Sequence record: SRR2962707_781
Direction: 5' to 3' (one strand)
Length of the DNA stretch: 64,000 nucleotides
A program made the position numbers and the translations under genes. The first letter of the stretch is position 1. Each line of letters begins with the position of its first letter. A model generated the notes under the pieces. That model had not been told where the DNA came from and ran no database searches. It was given only the letters and a program-made list of their open reading frames with translations. Shown piece by piece: positions 9,806-18,338 of this stretch.

Positions 9806-10828
9806 CTAATTCATCAATTTGTATACCAACTCTGTTAAAACAGGACCTTCTTTTTTTGTAGCAAAACCAATCCCTTTTGATTGCATGTCCGCTTCATGTA
9901 AGAACTTGATGTTTTGGGCCACCTTACCAACAGAATAGTTTCTTGCCGCTTGTATATATTCTTTTACAAAAAATGGATTAACGCCAATTAAGGAAGCCAG
10001 AGTTTTCTCACTTTTATCACTTGAATGATGAATCAGTAGAAGCTTGCTGTAATAGGAAAACAGACTGTAAATCGTAAGAACCAAGGGATTATTGCCCGGG
10101 TTGGAGGCAAAGTAATTGGCTATTTTTAATGCTTTCAGTTTGTTCATTCCACTCAAAGCCTTTTGCAACTCAAAAATGTTGTAGTCTTTGCTTATTCCTA
10201 CATATTTCTGAATCATGGCTGAATTAACTACTTCACCGTTTTTAACATTCAACAGAAGTTTCTCTACTTCGTTTGCCAGGCGTTGAAGGTTGTTACCAAT
10301 ATTTTCAGCAAGCATCATTACAGCACCATCATCTATTTTCACACCCTTGCTTTTGCAATAGCTTCTTATCCAGTCAGGCACCTGATTATCATATAGCTTT
10401 TTGGCATTTAAAAAAACAGAGTTTTTTTCAATTGCTTTTCCAAACTTGGTGCGCTTATCTACGGACTTATACTTATACCCAAAAACAAGGATTGTGCTGG
10501 CAAGTGGATTTTCTAAATAATTGACCACCAGCGTTTGTTTATCCTCTTTTTTCCAGTCTTTTATTTCCTGTGCCTCTTTGACAATCACAACCTGACGCTC
10601 ACCCATCATAGGGTATCTTCTGGCTGCACCGATCACATCCGTCAATGTTGTGTCTTTACCATAAAGCACAATTTGATTGAAGCTACGTTGACTTTCATCC
10701 AGCGCGTTATTTTCAATGTTTTCTATAATATTGTCGATATAAAATGGCTCTTCGCCTTGTAGAAAATAAACCGGAGCGAATGATCCGCTATTGATATCTT
10801 TAATAATTTGGGTAAAGTCTGATGCCAT
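9806..10828 (-). CDS. holA: DNA polymerase III delta subunit
   Basis: PVYFLQGEEPFYID, RYPMMGERQVVIVKEAQ, GISKDYNIFEL; start taken at ATG 10828, downstream of a -7 promoter element. Confidence 0.93.
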   Translation of the reverse strand: MASDFTQIIKDINSGSFAPVYFLQGEEPFYIDNIIENIENNALDESQRSFNQIVLYGKDTTLTDVIGAARRYPMMGERQVVIVKEAQEIKDWKKEDKQTLVVNYLENPLASTILVFGYKYKSVDKRTKFGKAIEKNSVFLNAKKLYDNQVPDWIRSYCKSKGVKIDDGAVMMLAENIGNNLQRLANEVEKLLLNVKNGEVVNSAMIQKYVGISKDYNIFELQKALSGMNKLKALKIANYFASNPGNNPLVLTIYSLFSYYSKLLLIHHSSDKSEKTLASLIGVNPFFVKEYIQAARNYSVGKVAQNIKFLHEADMQSKGIGFATKKEGPVLTELVYKLMN

Positions 10829-10834
10829 ATTTTC

Positions 10835-10842
10835 CAAAGGTA
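10835..10842 (-). promoter_or_regulatory. Bacteroidota -7 promoter element (TACCTTTG) for holA
   Basis: Exact TAnnTTTG match on the minus strand 6 nt upstream of the holA ATG. Confidence 0.55.
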
Positions 10843-10864
10843 AAGGCTACCTTAGATAATTGGA

Positions 10865-13240
10865 ATGCGGAGATTTTTATTTCTTTTAATTGCTTACCTC
10901 TTTGGTCAAATCATGGCTGCTCAAAATCGAGAGGTAGACAGCTTACAGGCTGCCTTAAGTAATCTATCCACTGATGACACGACCTATGTGGATGTGGCAA
11001 ATGAAATAGCCTTTAGGTTAAGTCTTACCGATCAGCAGAACTCTATTTATTATATTAATCTAGCGATATCTGCGGCAAAAACCCTGGGTTATCAAAGGGG
11101 ACTATTACGTGCAACAACTATCAAAGGAAACAGCTTTTTGATTATTGGCCTGCCAGACCAGGCGCTCTCCTATTATCTGGAAGCGCTTTCATACGATGCT
11201 TTTAAGTACCCTTTAGAGTATGTAAGACTACATAATAACATCGGTGAGGTCTATCGAAGAAAAGAGGTTTATGACTCTAGTCTTAAGTATTTTAATAAGG
11301 CCCTTGCAATTGCCCTTGAAAAAGTAGATGAGTATCAGCCTGTTATTATTTACTCCAATTTAGGAGAAGTGTATTTGATGCAAGACAAAGTAGACGTTGC
11401 AGAATCATATTTCACGAAGTGCCTCTCCAATGCAGTAAATTCAAATCACCTAAGAGGACAAGGTTATGGCTACTATGGTCTTGCTGAATGCGAATTCCAA
11501 CGAGAGGCAGTGAAAAATGCCATTGCACTAATGAGAAAATCGATAGCCGTACGCAAGCATGCAAACCATCAAAGAGGTCTAATCCAATCCTACTTAAAGC
11601 TGGCTAGCTATTTCAGCGAACCTGATAGTGCTTTACATTATTGGAAAATGGCTGAATTAATCTCAAAGGAAAATGATGCCAATGATTTGTTGGATGAGGC
11701 CTACAATAAACTTTACAAATTTTACTTGTCTCAAAATGAAATTGTAAAGGCTGCACAATATCTTGATAAGCATAAAAATTTAGGAGATAGCTTGAGGAAT
11801 ACGGAGTTCATATCCAACGTGGAAAAAATGAAGACGGCCCTTCAATCCGAATTAATACTGGCTGAAAACAGACTTCTAAAGCAAGAACAAATTCAGCAAA
11901 AAGCTGAAGAGGATGCCAGACTCATCGTTATTACACTTGCTTTTACTATTGTGTTAGGCCTCGGGTTTGCAACTTATCAGTATCGTAGACGAATGAAGTC
12001 AAGGATGGAATTAGAGAAGGATGCTGATTTTACCAGGTCTCTTCTGGGGTTTTCAAAAAAACTGAATGAGCAAGAACTGGATGTTAGTTCTTTTATTAAA
12101 AATATTATCAATGAATCCCGTGAGGTCCTTAATTGCGATCGTGCAACATATTGGAGCCTGGATGAACAGACAGACTCAATTTACCTGGCTGCCAAAAGCG
12201 AAAGAAAAGGCTCAGCAAATATTCCAGAGACACGATTCACAAGAGATGAGTTTCCCAGATTTTTTAATGAATTCCTAAGTCAGAGGACGGTCGCCATAAG
12301 CAGAATTAGTAAAGATGAAAGACTTTACGATATTTATGTAAGATACTTTCGCCCATCAGGTATTGAATCTATATTAAATGCCCCCATCGTTATTGATGGG
12401 AAATTCGTTGGGTTTATATCTTATACAATGACTCACGGGATCGAGAGAGAATGGGAAATTCAAGAACAAAGATATGTTGGTTCACTCGCTGATCTACTTG
12501 TTGTTGCTATAGCTAAAGAAAAAGGCAATAGGTTAGAAATAGAAAAAGAGGAATTGATCAAAAAGCTAAGAACTCGCAATAAAAGTCTAAAAGAGTTTAA
12601 TAGTGTGATAAGCCACAATCTAAGAGAACCCTTAACTCAAATTATAGGATTTTCAGAATACCTTAAGGAGATTCCGGAAGATGGTAATTTTGAGGAGATC
12701 ATCTTCAGAATAAGTAAGGCCTCCAATCGTATAGATAAAGTTATTAAAGAACTTAGTACGGTTTTAAATGAAGATGACCCCAGGCCAGCTGATTTTAGAA
12801 TCTTGTCTCTAGACCGACTTTTCAAGGATGTTCTGGATTTGTTAAAAAATGAGTTGAAGTCACTGAATATCACGATTGAGCAAGATCTTAAGCTTGGTAA
12901 GATTAAGTCATATAAACCTTTTTTGTCAGATGCTATTTATCATTTACTATCCAATAGTCTTAAGTTCGCTGACCCTAGTAAAAGACTTCATATCAGGATA
13001 GAAACCTATGAAGATGAATATCACCATTTCATTAAAATTTCTGATAATGGCAGGGGAATTGATTTAAATAAATTTTCTGATAAAATGTTCAAAATGTATC
13101 AGCGATATCACATGGATGTTGAGGGAAGAGGAATTGGTCTATTTATTGTAAAAAATAGAGTCACATCACTTAATGGCCTTATTAATGTGGAAAGTGAGGA
13201 AGGTATTGGCACGGCCTTCACAATGAAATTCCCAAAATGA
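10865..13240 (+). CDS. Sensor histidine kinase (periplasmic TPR - TM - GAF - HisKA - HATPase)
   Basis: Signal peptide, TPRs, one TM, GAF-like segment, H-box SHNLREPL, N-box NSLKF, DNGRGI and GIGL. Confidence 0.9.
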   Translation: MRRFLFLLIAYLFGQIMAAQNREVDSLQAALSNLSTDDTTYVDVANEIAFRLSLTDQQNSIYYINLAISAAKTLGYQRGLLRATTIKGNSFLIIGLPDQALSYYLEALSYDAFKYPLEYVRLHNNIGEVYRRKEVYDSSLKYFNKALAIALEKVDEYQPVIIYSNLGEVYLMQDKVDVAESYFTKCLSNAVNSNHLRGQGYGYYGLAECEFQREAVKNAIALMRKSIAVRKHANHQRGLIQSYLKLASYFSEPDSALHYWKMAELISKENDANDLLDEAYNKLYKFYLSQNEIVKAAQYLDKHKNLGDSLRNTEFISNVEKMKTALQSELILAENRLLKQEQIQQKAEEDARLIVITLAFTIVLGLGFATYQYRRRMKSRMELEKDADFTRSLLGFSKKLNEQELDVSSFIKNIINESREVLNCDRATYWSLDEQTDSIYLAAKSERKGSANIPETRFTRDEFPRFFNEFLSQRTVAISRISKDERLYDIYVRYFRPSGIESILNAPIVIDGKFVGFISYTMTHGIEREWEIQEQRYVGSLADLLVVAIAKEKGNRLEIEKEELIKKLRTRNKSLKEFNSVISHNLREPLTQIIGFSEYLKEIPEDGNFEEIIFRISKASNRIDKVIKELSTVLNEDDPRPADFRILSLDRLFKDVLDLLKNELKSLNITIEQDLKLGKIKSYKPFLSDAIYHLLSNSLKFADPSKRLHIRIETYEDEYHHFIKISDNGRGIDLNKFSDKMFKMYQRYHMDVEGRGIGLFIVKNRVTSLNGLINVESEEGIGTAFTMKFPK

Positions 13241-13241
13241 G

Positions 13242-13643
13242 TCAGTTCGCCTGCAAATGAGAAGTGACAAGATCATTCAGCATCTCAACAGATAGAGGCT
13301 TGGATTTGAAGTCAAGAACACTTTTTTTCTTTTCTGCCATTTGTTTGTCAGCCGGATTAATGGACGATGAAAGAAGTACAATTTTGTTTGATTCACTCCC
13401 GTTAGAGGTTTGATACTGGTCTAAGAATTGCCACCCATTCATAACAGGCATATTGATATCCAATAAAACCAGCGAAACATCTTCATTGCTTTGGTTTTTA
13501 TTGAAATAATCCAGTGCCTCCTGGCCGGATTCGAAAGTAAGCACTTCATCCACGAGTGCGGCGCGCTCTATTATTAGTTTATTGAGATAATTTGTGGTAG
13601 AATCATCATCAATCAACACAATTCTCTTCATTGTATTCTCCAT
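13242..13643 (-). CDS. Stand-alone response regulator receiver
   Basis: LIDDD, LLDINMPVMNGW, LSSS and KPL motifs; convergent with the kinase. Confidence 0.92.
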   Translation of the reverse strand: MENTMKRIVLIDDDSTTNYLNKLIIERAALVDEVLTFESGQEALDYFNKNQSNEDVSLVLLDINMPVMNGWQFLDQYQTSNGSESNKIVLLSSSINPADKQMAEKKKSVLDFKSKPLSVEMLNDLVTSHLQAN

Positions 13644-13815
13644 TTGCCGGTATTAGAAAATATCCATACAATATTATTCATTTTTGTCTTTTTGCAAATA
13701 GTGGAATTAAATATGTGAACTAATTCCGTTGAATTATTCATTTTAGCCGATTATCATCTTTTAAATCAATGATTGAGTTCAAACATTAAATTACATCTTA
13801 ATAAAAGATACAATT

Positions 13816-14586
13816 ATGAGAAAAATCAAACTATTCGTTTCAGCTTTAGCTGTAATTGCAATGACTGGCATATATGCTCAGGATGTGACCGTCGATGAAA
13901 TTCTCGATGGATATTTTGAAAATACCGGCGGAAAAGATGCCTGGAAAAACCTTGAGGGAATAAAAATGATAGCAAAGGTTAATCAGGGTGGTATGGAAAT
14001 ACCTTTAGAAATCGTGCAGCTTTCAGGTGGCAAACAATACACCAAAATTACCTTTCAGGGTATGACCTTGATGCAAGGTGTATATGATGGTGAAACACTT
14101 TGGAACACTAATTTTCAGTCGATGAAAGCTGAAAAAGCAGATACAGAAACCACTCTGAACATGAAGCTGGATACCAATGATTTTCCTGATTCTTTCCTAG
14201 ATTATAAAGAAAAAGGATACACTGTAGAACTCATGGGTACTGAAACCATTGATGGTGCTGAAACCTACAAAGTGAAGCTCACAAAAGAGCCCAGGCTGAT
14301 TGATGGAAAGGAAGTTGAAGATGTTTCATTTTATTATTTCGAAACTGAATCATTTGTTCCTCTTGCAGTAGACCAAGAAATCAAGCAAGGCCCACAGGCT
14401 GGGGCAATTGGCCGATCTACTATGAGTGACTATCAGGAAGTTGAAGGATTGTACTTTCCTTTCTCAATGACCCAAGGTGTAAAGGATGGACCTTCACAAC
14501 CTCTAATGATCGAATCGATCGAGCTTAACCCTGAGGTTGATTCGTCAGTTTTTGCTTTTCCCAAGGAACAAGCAAGCGGAGAATAA
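13816..14586 (+). CDS. Outer-membrane lipoprotein-sorting (LolA-like fold) periplasmic protein
   Basis: Signal peptide; ILDGYFENTGG...W, G.ETIDG..TYKVKLT, SDYQEVEGLYFPF and IELNPEVD..F pattern typical of this Bacteroidota family. Confidence 0.75.
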   Translation: MRKIKLFVSALAVIAMTGIYAQDVTVDEILDGYFENTGGKDAWKNLEGIKMIAKVNQGGMEIPLEIVQLSGGKQYTKITFQGMTLMQGVYDGETLWNTNFQSMKAEKADTETTLNMKLDTNDFPDSFLDYKEKGYTVELMGTETIDGAETYKVKLTKEPRLIDGKEVEDVSFYYFETESFVPLAVDQEIKQGPQAGAIGRSTMSDYQEVEGLYFPFSMTQGVKDGPSQPLMIESIELNPEVDSSVFAFPKEQASGE

Positions 14587-14599
14587 TTAATTCTGTGAA

Positions 14600-17500
14600 A
14601 TGAAAAGAATATATCTATCATTAATCATTTCTTTCGGTTTTTTCTTTGGATTTGCACAGGAAGAAATAACATTAAAGGGAAAAGAGCTCTTTGGCGACTT
14701 AAGAGCCAGACATATTGGTCCTGCACTTATGAGTGGTCGGGTTATAGACCTTGAAGGTCATCCTACTAACGACAGAGTTATCTACGTAGGTTCTGCAGGT
14801 GGAGGTGTTTGGAAGTCCGCTAATGGAGGCGCCTCATTTCAGCCCATCTTTGATGAAAATGTTCAATCAATTGGAAAAGTAAGACTTGATCCAAAAGATC
14901 CAGACAATAAAATCTGGGTCGGTACGGGTGAAATCTGGACCAGAAACAGTGTTTCAGTTGGAGACGGTCTATATAAATCCATCGATGGCGGAGTGAACTG
15001 GACAAAAGCGGGTTTCGAAAACTCTGAAAGAATCAGCAGCATCGAAATAAACCCTGAAAATACGGACATTATGTATGTGGGTGTGCTGGGTGCGCTTTGG
15101 GGTGATAGCGAAGAGCGAGGCGTTTATAAATCTACAGACGGTGGTCAGACATGGGACAAAGTGCTGTATGTTGATCAAACGACTGGTTGCGGTGATATAA
15201 TCATGGATCCTAAAGATCCGAATACATTATATGCTTCTATGTGGGAATTCAGACGTACAGGCTGGTCTTTTAATTCAGGTGGTAACAAAAGTGCGCTTTA
15301 CAAGTCTACGGACGGAGGTAAGACTTGGAATAAAATCCACAATGGATTTCCTTCAGGAAAGCTGGGAAGAATAGCTATCGCGATTGCCCCCTCTGACAGC
15401 AAAATACTTTATGCAGTTTTGGAGACTGAAGATGAGACTAAACGAGGGCTTTACAAGTCCACAGATGCGGGAGCAAACTGGGATCACTTAAATAGTGATT
15501 TCGGTCTGGTCGTACGTCCATTCTATTTTTCAAGAATTGTCATTGACCCGAAAAACCCAGATGTAGTGGTAAAAGCAGGATTGCTTGGATCTATCAGCAG
15601 AGATGGTGGTAAAACCTTCAAAAATTTAGGAAACATGCATGCAGATATTCACGACATCCTTTTTGATATCAATAACTCAGACAGAATGTATGTGGGAACC
15701 GATGGAGGGGTGTATCGTACCTGGGACGGTGCTACCACTATGGAGATAGTGGCCAACCTTCCGCTCTCTCAGTTTTATCACATCAGTGTAGACAATGAAG
15801 AACCGTATAATGTTTATGGAGGTCTGCAGGACAATGGTTCATGGTATGGGCCGTCTTCTTCTCCTGGTGGCGTTGAGGCCAGAGACTGGAATGTAGTTGG
15901 CTTTGGGGATGGATTCAGGGTGTTGAGACATCCAACTAAGAAGATTCTTTACTCTGAAATGCAAGGCGCGGAGAATGTGTGGAGATATAACATGGAGACA
16001 CAGTCCACCAAAACTGTACAGCCGCTTCAAACCAAAGGAGTTGATAAGTTGAGGTTTAATTGGAATGCTCCAATGGCTGTTAGTGAAAATCAACCGGATA
16101 GATTCTATATGGGCAGCCAGTATCTTCATATATCAGAAGATATGGGAAGTACCTGGAAAGTGATCTCACCGGATTTAACAACTAACAATCCTGCTAAGCT
16201 CAACCAGGAAAATTCCGGAGGTATTTCTAAAGACAATTCCGGAGCTGAGAATCATTGCACCATTTTCACCATTGCTGAATCACCTCTCAATGAGCAGGTT
16301 ATTTGGGTGGGTACTGATGATGGTAATATTCAGGTGACGAAAGATGGAGGTAAAACATGGACCAATACAACCTCTAATCTTCCGGGAGGAACACCTGCAA
16401 ATATGTGGGTTTACCATATAGAAGCGAGTGTTCATGGAGAAGGTACTGCTTATGCTGTTCTGGAGGGTCACACAATGGGAAACATGGATCCTTATGTATT
16501 TAAAACAACCGATTACGGTAAAAATTGGTCATCAATTGTAACAGATGAAATTTATGGCTTTGCCAGAAATATTCAGGAGGATTATGTCAATGAAGACTTA
16601 TTATTCCTAGGTACAGAATTCGGCCTATATGTGACAGTAAATGGAGGTATAAACTGGAATCAGTTTACTAATAATATGCCACCGGTAGCTGTTCATTACA
16701 TTGAAATGCAAAAGCAGACCAATGACATTGTCATGGGTACGCATGGTCGTGGTGTGATTATCATTGATGATGTGAGCCCTCTTCGAGAGATCAATCAGGA
16801 AATACTTGCTAAAGACGTTCATTTCTTTGAGAGCAAGCCTGCAATCATCGAAGAGAGTAGTCCATTTGGAGGAACAGCAACTGAAATGGAGTTTGTAGGT
16901 GCTAATGGATCCAATGATGTGAAGATCACTTATTACTTGAAGAAGAAGCATATATTCGGTAAAATGAATATGGAGATTCAGGATCAGAACGGTAGAAAAC
17001 TCACTGAGATTTCACCTGGAAAATCTAAAGGGATCAATGTGGTGACATGGAATGGGTTGATACGTCCACCTAAGCTGGCAAAAGGTAAGTCTTTTGCTTT
17101 TGGGGGCTTTACGTCTCCAAGGATGCCTGCTGGTGATTATAATGTGGTGATGACTAAGGGTAAGGATACTTACACTACCTCAGTTACGCTTGTAAACGAT
17201 CCTAAGTCCAACATCACGGACGCAGAGCGAAAGGCAAATCAGGAAACGGTGATCAAGCTATATGATATGTCAGAGCAGTTGGCTTATATGGTTTATCAAA
17301 TTGATGAAATCATTGCCAAAGCAGAAGAAGTGAAGAAAGCCGGTGGTAGTAAATCTGCAGATGCAGTGATTAAGGATTTAAATGATCTGAAAAAGACACT
17401 TGTGGTTACTACCGGCGACAACTATGTGGCATCTGCTGAGCCACAGCTTAGAGGAAAAATTGCAACATTGTATGCGAAAATTGCCGAAAGTTTCGAAGCT

Positions 17501-17674
17501 CCTTCCTCTTCTGAATTAGATAATTTGAGGTTATTGGAAGATCGATTTGAAAAAGCCAAAAATGACTTTAGCTATATTCAAACTAAACGAGTACCAAAAA
17601 TGGAGAAAGAAATGGATGGGAAAGGCATCACTAAGATTACATTCAAATCATTTGATGAGTTTATTGACGAGTAA
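14600..17674 (+). CDS. VPS10/sortilin-like BNR (Asp-box) repeat beta-propeller protein, putative glycosyl hydrolase
   Basis: Signal peptide, RHIGPALMSGR, many S/T-x-D-G-G-x-T-W Asp boxes, GGLQDNG, THGRG, helical C-terminus. Confidence 0.85.
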   Translation: MKRIYLSLIISFGFFFGFAQEEITLKGKELFGDLRARHIGPALMSGRVIDLEGHPTNDRVIYVGSAGGGVWKSANGGASFQPIFDENVQSIGKVRLDPKDPDNKIWVGTGEIWTRNSVSVGDGLYKSIDGGVNWTKAGFENSERISSIEINPENTDIMYVGVLGALWGDSEERGVYKSTDGGQTWDKVLYVDQTTGCGDIIMDPKDPNTLYASMWEFRRTGWSFNSGGNKSALYKSTDGGKTWNKIHNGFPSGKLGRIAIAIAPSDSKILYAVLETEDETKRGLYKSTDAGANWDHLNSDFGLVVRPFYFSRIVIDPKNPDVVVKAGLLGSISRDGGKTFKNLGNMHADIHDILFDINNSDRMYVGTDGGVYRTWDGATTMEIVANLPLSQFYHISVDNEEPYNVYGGLQDNGSWYGPSSSPGGVEARDWNVVGFGDGFRVLRHPTKKILYSEMQGAENVWRYNMETQSTKTVQPLQTKGVDKLRFNWNAPMAVSENQPDRFYMGSQYLHISEDMGSTWKVISPDLTTNNPAKLNQENSGGISKDNSGAENHCTIFTIAESPLNEQVIWVGTDDGNIQVTKDGGKTWTNTTSNLPGGTPANMWVYHIEASVHGEGTAYAVLEGHTMGNMDPYVFKTTDYGKNWSSIVTDEIYGFARNIQEDYVNEDLLFLGTEFGLYVTVNGGINWNQFTNNMPPVAVHYIEMQKQTNDIVMGTHGRGVIIIDDVSPLREINQEILAKDVHFFESKPAIIEESSPFGGTATEMEFVGANGSNDVKITYYLKKKHIFGKMNMEIQDQNGRKLTEISPGKSKGINVVTWNGLIRPPKLAKGKSFAFGGFTSPRMPAGDYNVVMTKGKDTYTTSVTLVNDPKSNITDAERKANQETVIKLYDMSEQLAYMVYQIDEIIAKAEEVKKAGGSKSADAVIKDLNDLKKTLVVTTGDNYVASAEPQLRGKIATLYAKIAESFEAPSSSELDNLRLLEDRFEKAKNDFSYIQTKRVPKMEKEMDGKGITKITFKSFDEFIDE

Positions 17675-17696
17675 ACTCAATTATCCTGAACTAATT

Positions 17697-17722
17697 AAGC
17701 CTCCTTTTTGGAGGCTTTTTTT
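17697..17722 (+). terminator. Intrinsic terminator
   Basis: AAGCCTCC-TTTTT-GGAGGCTT hairpin followed by a T-tract, 22 nt after the stop codon. Confidence 0.85.
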
Positions 17723-17852
17723 ATTATTTAATAACAACCACTCCTGCATGTTAAATCTATTTTAACTCTCTATCATTCTTCTGTCAAATATCTTCTAATG
17801 GCTTTTTAGTGAGAGCGTCTTATTGCTTGTTTGCGATCCAACGCAGCTAACC

Positions 17853-18338
17853 ATGAAAAACTTATTCATAATTATCTTAATCCTAATTTCAGGACTACTT
17901 GATGCACAGGCAAAAGATCCAGAAGATGGATATGTAATCATTCGATCTGACACCATTTATGGCAAAGTGAAAATAAATTTTGATTCAGGTTCTATTCTAG
18001 TTCAACAAGACTCTCTTAATAGGATGTTTCTTAATGATATCCAGCAGGTTACTTTACTAAACGAGAACCGTGAGACATTTATACCGATCTACGAAGAACA
18101 TCACACGACTTTTTATAAGGTTCTTGTGTTCGGTGATCATCCCCTGCTTGAGGAAGGTGAATCGTTCTTTACAATGATAGAAGGAAATTTGATTCAAGTG
18201 AAAGGAGACAAAGATCTGTTTGATGTTTTTGGAAAGCGTGACGTGAAAGACTATATCTTTTTACGAAACATCCAGCTATCAGAAACGAACGGAATGGTTG
18301 ATGTCTTCCGCTACTTCAACAGGCATGATTCGTTCTAA
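17853..18338 (+). CDS. Secreted hypothetical protein
   Basis: ATG 17853 gives a signal peptide (MKNLFIIILILISGLLDAQ); GYVIIRSDTIYGKV is a common Bacteroidota N-terminal motif. Confidence 0.7.
   Translation: MKNLFIIILILISGLLDAQAKDPEDGYVIIRSDTIYGKVKINFDSGSILVQQDSLNRMFLNDIQQVTLLNENRETFIPIYEEHHTTFYKVLVFGDHPLLEEGESFFTMIEGNLIQVKGDKDLFDVFGKRDVKDYIFLRNIQLSETNGMVDVFRYFNRHDSF

Noticed and set aside
13673..13744. ATTATTCATTTT direct repeat (60-bp period) in a divergent intergenic region
   Set aside because: Very AT-rich 12-mer in AT-rich DNA; cannot be distinguished from chance
14780..16670. Recurrent GA(T/C)GG(T/A/C)GG...TGG nucleotide repeats
   Set aside because: Explained by Asp-box (BNR) protein repeats of the VPS10-like CDS
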